The notes: generated from the sequence alone by a model not told the origin. A DNA stretch of 64,000 nucleotides from Candidatus Rokuibacteriota bacterium (GCA_003220675.1 QHTD01000055.1:18722-82721), one strand, 5' to 3'. Counted from the first letter of the stretch, positions 1-10,084 are shown. Numbers and translations: made by a program.

Positions 1-148
1 GCTGGTGCTTCTTGACCATGTTGATCTTCTCGACCAGCACCCGCCCGTCACCGAGGAGGACGCGCAGCACCTTGCCTCGCTTGCCGCGCTCCTTGCCCGC
101 GATGACGGCGACCGTGTCGCCCCGACGGACGTGGCTCGTGGACGCCAT
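1..148 (-). CDS. rplX: 50S ribosomal protein L24, N-terminal part (gene runs off the left edge)
   Basis: Minus-strand translation from ATG at 148 gives [49 protein letters not shown], a KOW-motif L24 N-terminus. ATGA overlap with the rplN stop; canonical position after rplN. Confidence 0.9.
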   Translation of the reverse strand, partial: MASTSHVRRGDTVAVIAGKERGKRGKVLRVLLGDGRVLVEKINMVKKHQ

Positions 149-516
149 CAGATGACCTCCGGCGCGAGCGAGATGATCTTCGCGAACTGCCGCTCGCGGA
201 GCTCGCGCGCGACCGGGCCGAAGATGCGCGTGCCGACCGGATTCTCGTCCGGCTTGAGGAGCACGACCGCGTTGCGGTCGAAGCGGATGTACGAGCCGTC
301 CTTGCGTCGGACCTCCTTCACCGTCCGGACCACCACCGCGCGGGCGACCTCGCCCTTCTTCACGGTCCCGTCGGGCGCCGCTTCCTTCACGGCCACGATC
401 ACGGTGTCCCCCAGGGACGCGTAGCGCTTGTTGGAGCCACCCATCACGCGGATGCACTGCACCCGCTTGGCCCCCGAGTTGTCCGCCACGTCGAGCATCG
501 AGCGCGGTTGGATCAT
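148..516 (-). CDS. rplN: 50S ribosomal protein L14
   Basis: 122-aa [27 protein letters not shown]... is unmistakably L14; spc-operon order. Confidence 0.97.
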   Translation of the reverse strand: MIQPRSMLDVADNSGAKRVQCIRVMGGSNKRYASLGDTVIVAVKEAAPDGTVKKGEVARAVVVRTVKEVRRKDGSYIRFDRNAVVLLKPDENPVGTRIFGPVARELRERQFAKIISLAPEVI

Positions 517-520
517 GGAC

Positions 521-769
521 TCAGGATGCGCGGCTCAGGATCTTGCGGATCCGCCAGCGCTTCTCCTTCGACAGGGGCCGGGTCTCCTCGATCAGGACGC
601 GGTCCCCGACCCGGCTCTCGTTGGCCTCGTCGTGTGCCTTCAGCCGCTTCGACGCCCGGACGACACGCTCGTACTGCGGATGGCGGTACACGCGCTCGAT
701 CCGTACGACGCGCGTCTTCTGCATCGCGTCGCTCACCACCACGCCTTGCCGGGTCTTGCGCTCGCCCAC
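521..769 (-). CDS. rpsQ: 30S ribosomal protein S17
   Basis: 82-aa ORF with the [19 protein letters not shown]...[10 protein letters not shown] pattern typical of S17; lies between rpmC and rplN. Confidence 0.95.
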   Translation of the reverse strand: MGERKTRQGVVVSDAMQKTRVVRIERVYRHPQYERVVRASKRLKAHDEANESRVGDRVLIEETRPLSKEKRWRIRKILSRAS

Positions 770-773
770 GCGG

Positions 774-962
774 CTACCCCTTCCTCTCGCGGAGCACCGT
801 GTAGACGCGCGCGAGATTCCTCCGGGCCTGGCCCAGCCGCGACGGGTTCTTGGCCACGCCCATCGAGAGCTGGAACCGCAGCGTAAAGATCTCCTCGCCG
901 AGCTCGCGCGCCTTCTGCGTGAGCTCCTCGTCGGAGAGATCGCGCCACTTGCTCGCCTTCAT
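774..962 (-). CDS. rpmC: 50S ribosomal protein L29
   Basis: 62-aa [34 protein letters not shown]... is L29-like; GAGGAG Shine-Dalgarno upstream. Confidence 0.93.
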   Translation of the reverse strand: MKASKWRDLSDEELTQKARELGEEIFTLRFQLSMGVAKNPSRLGQARRNLARVYTVLRERKG

Positions 963-1030
963 CGCCGACGCTCCTCGAACGCGCGCCCCGCGTGCCGCGC
1001 CAGAGGCGCCGTCCCGGCTCGGGCCGCCAT
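959..1030 (-). CDS. hypothetical 23-aa junction-bridging ORF (rplP/rpmC spacer)
   Basis: ATG at 1030-1028 overlaps the rplP TGA (TGATG). Reads [23 protein letters not shown]. Its TGA at 961-959 overlaps the rpmC ATG (ATGA). No evidence of expression. Confidence 0.25.
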   Translation of the reverse strand: MAARAGTAPLARHAGRAFEERRR

Positions 1031-1446
1031 CAGAGCGTCCGGGTGCGCATCACGAACTTCGTCGCGATGGCCATCTTCTGCGCGGCCGTCCGGAACGCCG
1101 CGCGCGCCACGTCCTCCGGCACGCCCTGCATCTCGTAGATGATCCGCCCGGGTTTCACGACGGCCACCCACTCCTCCGGGTTGCCCTTGCCCTTGCCCAT
1201 CCGGGTCTCGGCCGGCTTCTTCGTCACGGGCTTGTCGGGGAAGATCCGGATCCAGATCTTGCCGCCGCGCTTGAGGCTCCGCGAGAGCGCGACGCGCGCC
1301 GCCTCGATCTGCCGGTTCGTCACCCAGCCCGGCTCGAGCGCCTTCAGTCCATACGCGCCGAACGCGAGCGTCGCGCCACGCTGCGCGGTCCCCTTCATCC
1401 GCCCCCGCTGGGCCTTCCGGTACTTGACGCGCTTGGGCATCAGCAC
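1030..1446 (-). CDS. rplP: 50S ribosomal protein L16
   Basis: 138-aa [22 protein letters not shown]... is L16. Confidence 0.97.
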   Translation of the reverse strand: MLMPKRVKYRKAQRGRMKGTAQRGATLAFGAYGLKALEPGWVTNRQIEAARVALSRSLKRGGKIWIRIFPDKPVTKKPAETRMGKGKGNPEEWVAVVKPGRIIYEMQGVPEDVARAAFRTAAQKMAIATKFVMRTRTL

Positions 1447-1458
1447 GCGAGAGCTCCC

Positions 1459-2103
1459 TCACGCTTCCGCCGGCGCGGCGCGCAGCACTTCGCCCTTGAA
1501 GATCCAGACCTTCACACCGATCGTCCCGTAGGTCGTGTGGGCGGTCGCGAGCCCGTAGTCGATGTCCGCGCGGATCGTGTGGAGCGGCACGCGGCCGTCG
1601 CGGTACCACTCCTTGCGCGCGATCTCGCCGCCGCCCAGCCGCCCCGCGCATGCGATCCGGATGCCGTCGGCGCCAAGGCGCAGCGCGGACGTGACCGCCT
1701 TCTTCATGGCGCGGCGGAACGCGACACGCTTCTGGAGCTGGAGCGCGACGTTCTCCGCCACAAGCTGGGCGTCGAGCTCGGGGTGGATGACCTCCTCGAT
1801 GTTGAGGTAGATCTCCTTGGCCGTCCGCGCCTGCAGCTCGTTCTTCAGCTTCTCCACCTCCGAGCCCTTCCGTCCGATGATGATGCCCGGCCGAGCGGTC
1901 GAGATCGTGATCCGCGCCCGGTTGGCCGAGCGCTCGATGTCGATCTTGGAGATGCCCGCGTGGTAGAGCTGGTCCTTGATGTAGCGCCGGATCTTCACGT
2001 CCTCGTGCAGCAGGCCCGCGTAGCCCTTCGTCGCGAACCAGCGGGAGCTCCAGGTCCGCGTCGCGCCGAGGCGGAAGCCGATCGGATGCGTCTTCTGGCC
2101 CAT
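1459..2103 (-). CDS. rpsC: 30S ribosomal protein S3
   Basis: 214-aa [16 protein letters not shown]...WSSRWFA... is S3 with a KH domain. Confidence 0.97.
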   Translation of the reverse strand: MGQKTHPIGFRLGATRTWSSRWFATKGYAGLLHEDVKIRRYIKDQLYHAGISKIDIERSANRARITISTARPGIIIGRKGSEVEKLKNELQARTAKEIYLNIEEVIHPELDAQLVAENVALQLQKRVAFRRAMKKAVTSALRLGADGIRIACAGRLGGGEIARKEWYRDGRVPLHTIRADIDYGLATAHTTYGTIGVKVWIFKGEVLRAAPAEA

Positions 2104-2105
2104 CT

Positions 2106-2636
2106 CTATCTCTTCTCCTTGGACTTGGGACGCTTGGACTTCCCGGCGCCCTTGGCCGCCGCCGTGGTCCTCGGCCGGGCCGCGGCGCGCTCCTTCGTGG
2201 CGGCCGACGCACCCGAAGCCGCCGGCGCGCCAGCCGGCCCGGCCTGCCGTGCGGCCGGCGCGCTCTCGCGGGGCGGCGGGACGGGCCGCGCGGCGCCGTT
2301 GGTCTCGTCACTCACCCCGATCGTGAGATGGCTGGACCGGTGCCGGATGAAAAAGGCGCGCCCCATCGCGCGCGGCTGCACGCGCTTCATCGAGGGTCCC
2401 CCGTCGGCCACCGCGTGGACGACGCGGAGGTCGTCGAGGTTGCGCACCTGGTGGTTGTGCTCGGCGTTGGCGATCGCCGACCGGAGGACCTTCTCGACGA
2501 TCCGGGCCGCGGCGCGCGGCGTGTACTGGAGCGTCGCCAGCGCCTCGCCGACCGACTTCCCGCGAATCTGGTCGAGCACGAGCCGCGCCTTACGAGCGGA
2601 CACGCGGACGAAGCGGGCCCTCGCGAGCGTACGCAT
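2106..2636 (-). CDS. rplV: 50S ribosomal protein L22 with a long Ala/Pro/Lys-rich C-terminal tail
   Basis: 176-aa ORF. The first ~110 aa are L22-like ([23 protein letters not shown]...). About 65 extra low-complexity residues end in [11 protein letters not shown]. Confidence 0.93.
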   Translation of the reverse strand: MRTLARARFVRVSARKARLVLDQIRGKSVGEALATLQYTPRAAARIVEKVLRSAIANAEHNHQVRNLDDLRVVHAVADGGPSMKRVQPRAMGRAFFIRHRSSHLTIGVSDETNGAARPVPPPRESAPAARQAGPAGAPAASGASAATKERAAARPRTTAAAKGAGKSKRPKSKEKR

Positions 2637-2640
2637 GGCG

Positions 2641-2934
2641 CTACGTCTTCCCCGTGGGCGAGGTCGCGGCCTTCTCGGCCGCGCCGTGCGCCTTGAACGT
2701 GCGGGTCATCGCGAACTCGCCCAGCCGGTGGCCGACCATGTTCTCGGTGACGTAGACCGGGATGAACTTCTTGCCGTTGTGGACGGCGAGCGTATGGCCC
2801 ACGAACTCCGGCGCGATCGTCGTGCGGCGCGACCAGGTCTTCAGCACCTTCTTCTGGCGGCTCCGGTTCAGCTCCTCCACCCGCGCCAGGAGGGTCTCGT
2901 CGATGTACGGCCCCTTTTTGAGCGAACGCCCCAT
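2641..2934 (-). CDS. rpsS: 30S ribosomal protein S19
   Basis: 97-aa [19 protein letters not shown]...[29 protein letters not shown] is S19. Confidence 0.97.
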   Translation of the reverse strand: MGRSLKKGPYIDETLLARVEELNRSRQKKVLKTWSRRTTIAPEFVGHTLAVHNGKKFIPVYVTENMVGHRLGEFAMTRTFKAHGAAEKAATSPTGKT

Positions 2935-2943
2935 GGCCGGTTC

Positions 2944-3768
2944 CTATTTCCTCCGCCGCGTCACGATGTCGCGGTCCGAGGGCCTCGCCCCGCGGCGGGT
3001 CTTGTAGCCCTTGGTGGGCTTGCCCCACGGGGTCATCGGGTGGTTGCCCTTGCCTTTGCCCTCGCCGCCGCCCATCGGGTGGTCGACAGGGTTCATCACC
3101 GTACCGCGCACTGTCGGGCGGAAGCCGAGCCACCGCACCCGGCCCGCCTTGCCGATCGACACGTTCTCATGATCGAGATTGCCCACCTGGCCGATCGTCG
3201 CCATGCAGGCGACCGACACCATCCGCACCTCGCCCGACGGGAGCTTGAGGGTCGCCCGCTCGCCCTCCTTCGCCAGGAGCTGCGCCTGAGCGCCAGCGCT
3301 CCGGCACATCTGCGCGCCGCGGCCCGGCTGGAGCTCGACGTTGTGGACAAGCGTGCCGACCGGGATGTTGCGGAGCGGCAGCGCGTTACCAGGCAGGATG
3401 TCGGCCTGCGGCCCGGACATGACCGTGTCACCCACCTTGAGCGCGAGGGGCGCGATGATGTAGCGCTTCTCGCCGTCGCGGTAGTGGAGCAGCGCGAGCC
3501 GGGCGGAGCGGTTGGGATCGTACTCGATCGCCGCCACGCGGGCCGGGACCCCGAACTTCTCGCGCCGGAAGTCCACCGTCCGCAGCATCCGTTTCGCCCC
3601 GCCGCCGCGGTGGCGGACGGTGATCCGCCCGTACGTGTTGCGCGCGCTCGTCCGCCGCTTCGGCTCGAGCAGGCTCTTCTCCGGCTCCTTCTTGGTGATC
3701 TCCTCGTTCGTGACGTACGTGAGGTACCGGCGGGCCGGCGAGGTCGGCTTGAGGGTGCGGATTCCCAC
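2944..3768 (-). CDS. rplB: 50S ribosomal protein L2
   Basis: The L2 sequence ([13 protein letters not shown]...GGGEGKGKG...) lies in the 2944..4245 ORF. I place the start at the GTG at 3768-3766, with GAGGGAG upstream. The longer ORF would run through rplW and the repeat array. Confidence 0.94.
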   Translation of the reverse strand: MGIRTLKPTSPARRYLTYVTNEEITKKEPEKSLLEPKRRTSARNTYGRITVRHRGGGAKRMLRTVDFRREKFGVPARVAAIEYDPNRSARLALLHYRDGEKRYIIAPLALKVGDTVMSGPQADILPGNALPLRNIPVGTLVHNVELQPGRGAQMCRSAGAQAQLLAKEGERATLKLPSGEVRMVSVACMATIGQVGNLDHENVSIGKAGRVRWLGFRPTVRGTVMNPVDHPMGGGEGKGKGNHPMTPWGKPTKGYKTRRGARPSDRDIVTRRRK

Positions 3769-3773
3769 GGCGC

Positions 3774-4067
3774 TCAGGCTCCCTCGACCAACTCGATCTT
3801 GTGACCCGGCTGGAGCTTCACGATCGCCTTCTTCCAGTTCGCTCGCCGGCCCTCGAAGCGCCCCATCCGCTTGAGCTTCCCCTCGAACGACGCGGTCCGG
3901 ACCGACGCGACCTTGACGTTGAACACCGCCTCGACAGCGACGCGGATCTCGACCTTGTTCGCATCCGGCCGCACCTTGAACGCGACGGTGTTCTGCTCTT
4001 CCTTCTGGCGCATGCTCTTCTCGGTCATGAGTGGGCGGATCAGGATCTCGCGGGCCGCGCGGGTCAT
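3774..4067 (-). CDS. rplW: 50S ribosomal protein L23
   Basis: 97-aa [35 protein letters not shown]... is L23. Confidence 0.95.
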   Translation of the reverse strand: MTRAAREILIRPLMTEKSMRQKEEQNTVAFKVRPDANKVEIRVAVEAVFNVKVASVRTASFEGKLKRMGRFEGRRANWKKAIVKLQPGHKIELVEGA

Positions 4068-4306
4068 TGTAGCGGGCCCCGCGAGGCCGGAACCATCGGT
4101 GGGTGGCCCGAGAGGCGGCGCGCTCCGGCTCCGTTCCGCTTGCCGCTCTCCATTCCATCGGACCCCCGCGAGGCCGGAACCATCGGTGGGTGGCCCGAGA
4201 GGCGGCGCGCTCCGGCTCCGTTCCGCTTGCCGCTCTCCATTCCATCGGACCCCCGCGAGGCCGGAACCATCGGTGGGTGGCCTGCCGTCGGCACGCGCAG
4301 CTTCAT
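4064..4306 (-). CDS. hypothetical 80-aa junction-bridging ORF across the repeat array (rplD/rplW spacer)
   Basis: The ATG overlaps the rplD TGA (ATGA at 4306-4303). Reads [41 protein letters not shown]...ASRGPLQ. Its TGA overlaps the rplW ATG (ATGA at 4067-4064). The 87-bp repeat period equals 29 codons. Confidence 0.3.
   Translation of the reverse strand: MKLRVPTAGHPPMVPASRGSDGMESGKRNGAGARRLSGHPPMVPASRGSDGMESGKRNGAGARRLSGHPPMVPASRGPLQ
4077..4282 (-). repeat. Perfect tandem array, 87-bp unit x about 2.4, member of the junction repeat family
   Basis: The motif gcgaggccggaaccatcggtgggtggcc recurs at 4081, 4168 and 4255 (period 87). Units 1 and 2 are identical base for base. The array fills the normally tiny rplD-rplW spacer. 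Confidence 0.9.
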
Positions 4307-4932
4307 CCCGCCAACGCCTGTTCCAGCGCCTGGAGCGCGGCGCGATCGCACACCACGCGCCGCGCCCTCAGTAATTGGTAGACCGAGACATGCGCCGGCG
4401 TCTCGACGATCAGCCACGGCACATTGCGCGACGCGCGCGCCAGGTGCCCGTCGAGCTCGTGAACGACCAGGAGCGTCGGCTCGCCCTTGAGCCCGAGCGC
4501 ACCGAGCTGCGCCACGAGGGACTTGGTCTTGCCGTCGGCGACGTCGAGCGCCTCGATCACGGCGAGTCCGCCGTCGGCGATCCGCGCCGCGACCGCGGCT
4601 CGCAGCGCCTCTCGGCGCATCGCGCGCGGCAGGTCCTGCTCGTAGCTGCGCGGCTTCGGACCGAAGGGCTTCCCGCCGCCCTTCCACTGGGGCGCGCGGA
4701 TCGAGCCCTGACGCGCGCGACCGGTCCCCTTCTGTTTCCAGGGCTTCCTGCCGCCGCCCGAGACCTCGCTGCGGCCGCGGGTGGCGTGAGTGCCCGCGCG
4801 CCGGTCGGCCAGCTCGCGCGTGACCGCCTGATGGAGCAGCGGCACGCGGATCTCGACGCTGAAGACGTCGCCCTTGAGCTCCATCGTCCCCGCCTGCTTG
4901 CCCGTCGCGTCTAGGACCGGTACGGTCGGCAT
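4303..4932 (-). CDS. rplD: 50S ribosomal protein L4
   Basis: MPTVPVLDATGKQAGTMELKGDVF...GGGRKPWKQKGTGRARQGS... is L4. The ATG at 4932 lies 2 nt after the rplC stop. Confidence 0.95.
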   Translation of the reverse strand: MPTVPVLDATGKQAGTMELKGDVFSVEIRVPLLHQAVTRELADRRAGTHATRGRSEVSGGGRKPWKQKGTGRARQGSIRAPQWKGGGKPFGPKPRSYEQDLPRAMRREALRAAVAARIADGGLAVIEALDVADGKTKSLVAQLGALGLKGEPTLLVVHELDGHLARASRNVPWLIVETPAHVSVYQLLRARRVVCDRAALQALEQALAG

Positions 4933-4934
4933 GG

Positions 4935-5609
4935 CTACTTCTTCTCCGCGGCCTTCTGCTGGGCTCGGGTCAGCTTCACGCTCTTGCGGATCATCACCAC
5001 GGAGCCGTTCGCCCCTGGGATCGCGCCGCGGACGAGGACGAGGTTCTGCTCGGGCATCACACGCACGACGCTGAGGTTTAGCACGGTGCGGCGCTGGCCC
5101 CCCATGCGTCCCGGCAGGTGATGGCCGGGCCAGACGCGCGACGGGTCCGACGAGGCGCCGATCGAGCCGGGCGCCCGGTGGAACATCGAGCCGTGGGTCG
5201 CGTCGCCGCCGTACCAGCCGTAGCGCTTGACGCCGCCCTGGAAGCCCTTGCCCTTCGAGACGCCGACGACATCCACGAGCTCGCCCGGTTGGAACACCTC
5301 CACCGTGAGCGCCTGTCCCACCTGGTAGCCCTGGAGCTTCTCGGCCTTCTCGAGCCGGATCTCGCGGACGACCCGCATCGGGGCAACGTTCGCCTTCTTG
5401 AAGAGGCCCGCCTCGGGCTTGGACACGTGCTTCTTCTTGGCGCCAAAGCCGAGCTGGAGCGCGTCGTAGCCATGGGTGTCCTTGGCCCGGATCCCCACGA
5501 TCGTGCATGGCCCCGCCTCGATGACGGTCACGGGCACCTGGTTGCCGTCGTCGCCGAAGACCTGGGTCATACCGATCTTGCGGCCGATGAGCCCCTCCTT
5601 GCGCGCCAT
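4935..5609 (-). CDS. rplC: 50S ribosomal protein L3
   Basis: 224-aa ORF MARKEGLIGRKIGMTQVFGDDGNQVPVTVIEAGPC... is L3. Confidence 0.97.
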   Translation of the reverse strand: MARKEGLIGRKIGMTQVFGDDGNQVPVTVIEAGPCTIVGIRAKDTHGYDALQLGFGAKKKHVSKPEAGLFKKANVAPMRVVREIRLEKAEKLQGYQVGQALTVEVFQPGELVDVVGVSKGKGFQGGVKRYGWYGGDATHGSMFHRAPGSIGASSDPSRVWPGHHLPGRMGGQRRTVLNLSVVRVMPEQNLVLVRGAIPGANGSVVMIRKSVKLTRAQQKAAEKK

Positions 5610-5860
5610 CAGCTTATTCGGAGGGGGCCTCGACGGCCCCGACCTTCTCCACCACTGGGGGAGGCGGCGGCAAAGCCGCCGCTCGAAGGCCCGGCCGCAG
5701 GACGATCAACACGGCCCAGATACGAGTCGGCGAGGGGCCGCGAGTCCAAATGGCGAGCATCGCGAGGCCCGAGGGAGGAGCCGACCGGAGCGTACGCGGT
5801 TGTACGTGAGGATCGGCGACGACCGAGAACGAAGCGAGGCGACGCCAGTTGGACTCGCAT
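5609..5860 (-). CDS. hypothetical 83-aa junction-bridging ORF (rpsJ/rplC spacer)
   Basis: ORF-track entry 5609..5860. Its ATG shares one base with the rpsJ TGA (TGATG), and its TGA shares one base with the rplC ATG (TGATG). Ends ...GRRGPLRIS. Low-complexity sequence; expression unknown. Confidence 0.3.
   Translation of the reverse strand: MRVQLASPRFVLGRRRSSRTTAYAPVGSSLGPRDARHLDSRPLADSYLGRVDRPAAGPSSGGFAAASPSGGEGRGRRGPLRIS
5616..5690 (-). repeat. Divergent copy of the junction repeat family (terminal module)
   Basis: In the gene direction, GCCGCCGCCTC...GGGGCCGTCGAGGCCCCCTCCGAATAA aligns by eye with the family end GCGCGCCGCCTC...GGCCTCGCGGGGCCCGCTACAATGA. Confidence 0.35.
5740..5858 (-). repeat. 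119-nt inverted-repeat (hairpin) element directly after the rpsJ stop
   Basis: Arms gcgagtccaaatggcg (5740-5755) and cgccagttggactcgc (5843-5858) pair at 15 of 16 positions around 87 nt. The interior holds a nested stem CCGAUC/GGUCGG and a CGUAC/GUACG hairpin. Confidence 0.6.
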
Positions 5861-6180
5861 CAGAGCTTGATCTCGACGTCGACGCCGGCGGGCAGGTCGA
5901 GCTTCATCAGCGAGTCCACGGTCTGAGGCGTGGGATCGACAATGTCGAGGAGTCGCTTGTGGGTGCGCATCTCGAACTGCTCGCGCGAGGTCTTGTCGAC
6001 GTGTGGGCTCCGCAGCACGGTCCAGCGGTTGATGATCGTCGGCAGCAGCACCGGCCCCGAGACGCGGGCGCCCGTCCGGCGTACCGTCTCCACGATCTCC
6101 TTGACCGACCGATCAAGCAGCTGATGATCGTAGGCCTTCAGGCGGATGCGGATTTTCTGATCGGTGGTCAAGGTCGCCAT
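5860..6180 (-). CDS. rpsJ: 30S ribosomal protein S10
   Basis: 106-aa ORF ...[31 protein letters not shown]... is S10. Confidence 0.97.
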   Translation of the reverse strand: MATLTTDQKIRIRLKAYDHQLLDRSVKEIVETVRRTGARVSGPVLLPTIINRWTVLRSPHVDKTSREQFEMRTHKRLLDIVDPTPQTVDSLMKLDLPAGVDVEIKL

Positions 6181-6183
6181 GCG

Positions 6184-7377
<1,194 letters not shown>

Positions 7378-7421
7378 CCCTCACTTCCTCCCGTTGGCAG
7401 TCACGATTGCGACAGTCGAAG

Positions 7422-7497
7422 TGGAGCCCATGTCCGGGATTGAACCGGAGACCTCGTCCTTACCAAGGACGCGCTCTGCCGACTGAGCTACATGGGC
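7422..7497 (-). tRNA. tRNA-Thr (anticodon GGT)
   Basis: The reverse complement GCCCATGTAGCTCAGTCGGCAGAGCGCGTCCTTGGTAAGGACG...GGTTCAATCC...GGGCTCCA folds as a cloverleaf. Anticodon loop TTGGTAA; encoded CCA. Confidence 0.9.
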
Positions 7498-7526
7498 GAA
7501 CGAAAAACTCGCGGGCCCAAAATTCC

Positions 7527-7601
7527 TGGAGCGGGAAACGGGATTCGAACCCGCGACCCCCAGCTTGGAAGGCTGGCGCTCTGCCGCTGAGCTATTCCCG
7601 C
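7527..7601 (-). tRNA. tRNA-Gly (anticodon TCC)
   Basis: The reverse complement is GCGGGAATAGCTCAGCGGCAGAGCGCCAGCCTTCCAAGCTGGGGGTCGCGGGTTCGAATCCCGTTTCCCGCTCCA. Anticodon loop CTTCCAA. Confidence 0.9.
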
Positions 7602-7631
7602 CCCTCCGAGTCACGTGTGCGTCAACCGAGA

Positions 7632-7717
7632 TGGTGGGGAGGGGAGGATTTGAACCCCCGAAGGCGTACGCCAGCAGATTTACAGTCTGCCCCCTTTGGC
7701 CACTTGGGTACCTCCCC
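7632..7717 (-). tRNA. tRNA-Tyr (anticodon GTA), long variable arm
   Basis: The reverse complement is GGGGAGGTACCCAAGTGGCCAAAGGGGGCAGACTGTAAATCTGCTGGCGTACGCCTTCGGGGGTTCAAATCCTCCCCTCCCCACCA. 86 nt; anticodon loop CTGTAAA. Confidence 0.9.
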
Positions 7718-7799
7718 GAATCCGCCGGCACGCGATGAGAACCCCTCGAATCTCGAGTGCATGGCTCGGCTCGCCTAGTGGCTGCGCCTCGCACTGCCA

Positions 7800-7874
7800 T
7801 GGCGCTGGCGGGAGGATTTGAACCCCCGACCCACTGCTTACAAGGCAGTTGCTCTGCCCCTGAGCTACGCCAGC
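7800..7874 (-). tRNA. tRNA-Thr (anticodon TGT)
   Basis: The reverse complement is GCTGGCGTAGCTCAGGGGCAGAGCAACTGCCTTGTAAGCAGTGGGTCGGGGGTTCAAATCCTCCCGCCAGCGCCA. Anticodon loop CTTGTAA. Confidence 0.9.
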
Positions 7875-7888
7875 ACAGACAAAATTTC

Positions 7889-7917
7889 ACTCTAATTGCG
7901 AAGCTTCGTTGAGTCAA
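7889..7917 (-). promoter_or_regulatory. Candidate sigma70-type promoter for the tRNA-tuf-S10 transcription unit
   Basis: The minus strand reads TTGACT, a 17-nt spacer, then TAGAGT in an unusually AT-rich patch about 15 nt upstream of tRNA-Thr(TGT). The -35 box overlaps the rlmB stop codon. Confidence 0.45.
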
Positions 7918-8681
7918 GGAGTTTCGGCCTTTGGCCGCCTCTGACGGGCCACCTCGTAGCAGAGGACTGCCGCCGCAGCGGCGACGTTGAGCGAACCGAT
8001 CGTCCCCGTCATCGGAATCGTGAGCAGGACGTCGCAGGTGCGCGCCACCAGGGGTCTCACGCCCTCCCCCTCGCTCCCCAGCACGAGGCACAAGGGGCCG
8101 GTGAGATCCGCAGCCCAAGGGGAGACCCCATTCGAGACAGAGCTCCCATAGATCCAAATCCCTGATTTTTTCATGGCTTCCAGGGCACCCACGAGGTTCG
8201 TCTCGCGAGCGACCGGGACGTACTCCAGGGCCCCCATCGCCACCCGAGCTGCAGCGCCCGTAAGGCCGACTTGGTGGTGCTTGCCGACGATCACGCCGTG
8301 GGCGCCGAAGGCCCCGGCCGTTCTCAGGATCGCCCCGAAGTTCCGGGGGTCCTGGATCCGGTCGAGCGCCAGGAAAAAGGGCGGCTCGCCGCGCTCGCCG
8401 GAGATCCCGAGGAGCGCATCGAGCTCGACGTACTCACCCGACGCGACCCGCGCCACGACGCCCTGGTGGCGGTCCGTGCCGGCAATCGCCGTGAGCTGCT
8501 CACGCGTGCGGTAGGAGACCTTGACGCCGGCGCGGCGCGCCAGCGCGACAACCTCGGCGAGCGGGCCCCGCCCGCCCGCGAGCACCGCAATCTCGTCCAC
8601 GCGCCGCCCGCCGCGGCGGAGCAGCTCGCGGACCGGGTTCCGCCCCCAGACGCGGTCTTCCGTCACGCGCTCTTCCGTCAC
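7914..8681 (-). CDS. rlmB: 23S rRNA (guanosine-2'-O)-methyltransferase, SpoU/TrmH family
   Basis: 255-aa ORF with an N-terminal L30e-like substrate-binding part (GRNPVRELL) and a C-terminal SPOUT knot (LVLGSEGEGVRPLV...IPMTGTIGSLNVAAAAAVLCYE). It follows cysS, as in Bacillus. Confidence 0.85.
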   Translation of the reverse strand: MTEERVTEDRVWGRNPVRELLRRGGRRVDEIAVLAGGRGPLAEVVALARRAGVKVSYRTREQLTAIAGTDRHQGVVARVASGEYVELDALLGISGERGEPPFFLALDRIQDPRNFGAILRTAGAFGAHGVIVGKHHQVGLTGAAARVAMGALEYVPVARETNLVGALEAMKKSGIWIYGSSVSNGVSPWAADLTGPLCLVLGSEGEGVRPLVARTCDVLLTIPMTGTIGSLNVAAAAAVLCYEVARQRRPKAETP

Positions 8682-10084
8682 GCGCTCCTCCGGGTGACGC
8701 GCGGCCCGCTCGGGGTGTCCTCAACACTGAAGCCGCGCCCCTGGATTTCGTCGCGGAGCTGGTCGGCGTGCCTCCAGTCGTGGCGCGCGCGCGCCTGGCC
8801 TCGCTCCTGCACGAGCCGCTCGATCTCAGGCGGGGCGCCAGAGGGCTCATAACCGCGCTCGAGGAACCCAAGCACGCGCATCAGGTTCGTCATCTCCTGA
8901 ACACCCACAATGACGGCGGCGCGTGCGCCGGCGTCGACGGACGCGTGCTCGGCATACTCGTACAGCACGTGGCTCAGCTCGAAGAGCACCCCGAGGGCCT
9001 GGGGCGTATTGAAGTCGTCGTCCAGCGCCGCCACGAACCGCGTGCGGAACGTACGGAGCTCGTCGGGCAGCGTCGAATCGCCCCCCGCGCCCGACCAGAA
9101 CGTCTGAACGTCGTGGATCAACCGGGTGAGCCGCTCGACGGCGCGCGCCGACTCCTGCACACGCTCTTCTGACCACTCGATCGGGTGGCGGTAATGCGTG
9201 CCGAGCACGAAGAGCCTAAAGGCGTCGGGGTCGTGACGCTTGACGAACTCCCGAATGGAGAGGATGTTGCCTAGCGACTTCGACATCTTCTCGGCCCGGA
9301 AGGTCACCATCCCGTTGTGGAGCCAGTAGCGTGCCAGCGGGCGCCCGGTGTCGGCCTCGGACTGGGCGATCTCGCACTCGTGGTGGGGGAAGATCAAGTC
9401 CTCACCGCCGCCGTGGATGTCGAAGGATTCCCCGAGATACTTCATCGCCATCGCGGAGCACTCGATGTGCCAGCCGGGGCGGCCGGGTCCCCACGGGCTC
9501 GGCCAGGCCGGCTCCCCGGGCTTCGACGATTTCCAGAGGGCGAAGTCGCGGGGATCGCGCTTGCGCTCGTCGACCTCCACCCGGGCGCCGGCGAGGAGCT
9601 CGTCGAGGTTCTTGCCCGAGAGCCGTCCGTACGGTGGGAAGCGCCGGATCTCGAAGTACACGTCGCCGTCCACGGTGTAAGCGAACCCTTTGGTGACGAG
9701 GCGCTCGATCAGCGCGACCATCTCGGGGATGTGCTCGGTGGCCTTCGGCTCGACGTCGGCTGGCGCGACCCCGATCGCCGCCATGTCCTCGCGAAAGGCC
9801 TGGACGTAGCGCTCGGAGAGCTCGGCGGCCAGAACGCCCTCGGCGTTGGCCCGCCGGATGATCTTGTCCTCGACGTCGGTGAAGTTCCGGACGAACGTGA
9901 CGCGGTAGCCCTTGAAGCGGAAGTAGCGCTGGATGACGTCGAAGACCATCGCGCTGCGCGCGTGGCCCACGTGGGAGAGGTCGTACACCGTCACGCCGCA
10001 CGCGTAAATGCGCACGTGGCCGGGGGTGAGGGGAACGAACTCCTCCTTCTTCCGCGTCAGCGTGTTGTAGACCCTCACGCTCAC
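8678..10084 (-). CDS. cysS: Cysteine--tRNA ligase
   Basis: [17 protein letters not shown]...[18 protein letters not shown] (HIGH-type motif) and EKMSKSLGN (KMSKS). The GTG at 10084 overlaps the ispF stop (GTGA). An in-frame GTG at 10078 is an alternative start. Confidence 0.93.
   Translation of the reverse strand: MSVRVYNTLTRKKEEFVPLTPGHVRIYACGVTVYDLSHVGHARSAMVFDVIQRYFRFKGYRVTFVRNFTDVEDKIIRRANAEGVLAAELSERYVQAFREDMAAIGVAPADVEPKATEHIPEMVALIERLVTKGFAYTVDGDVYFEIRRFPPYGRLSGKNLDELLAGARVEVDERKRDPRDFALWKSSKPGEPAWPSPWGPGRPGWHIECSAMAMKYLGESFDIHGGGEDLIFPHHECEIAQSEADTGRPLARYWLHNGMVTFRAEKMSKSLGNILSIREFVKRHDPDAFRLFVLGTHYRHPIEWSEERVQESARAVERLTRLIHDVQTFWSGAGGDSTLPDELRTFRTRFVAALDDDFNTPQALGVLFELSHVLYEYAEHASVDAGARAAVIVGVQEMTNLMRVLGFLERGYEPSGAPPEIERLVQERGQARARHDWRHADQLRDEIQGRGFSVEDTPSGPRVTRRSA

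Noticed and set aside
850-3804. 984-aa plus-strand ORF, and similar very long ORFs at 5476..7443, 10234..12258, 11561..13672, 14790..16502, 29005..31818 and 42549..44450.
   Set aside because: All are antisense to, or out of frame with, unmistakable conserved genes (ribosomal proteins, tuf, radA, mfd, nuo). They are Arg/Pro/Ala/His-rich low-complexity translations. Such stop-poor shadow frames are expected at this GC content.
4077-4282. Tandem repeats as a CRISPR array.
   Set aside because: The units are contiguous with no unique spacers. The period is 87 bp, there are only 2.4 copies, and no cas genes are present.
4064-4687. 207-aa ORF covering the repeat array and extending into rplD.
   Set aside because: The part upstream of 4306 is an alternative frame of rplD with Arg-rich nonsense. 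Only the 80 codons from the ATG at 4306 have a meaningful geometry.
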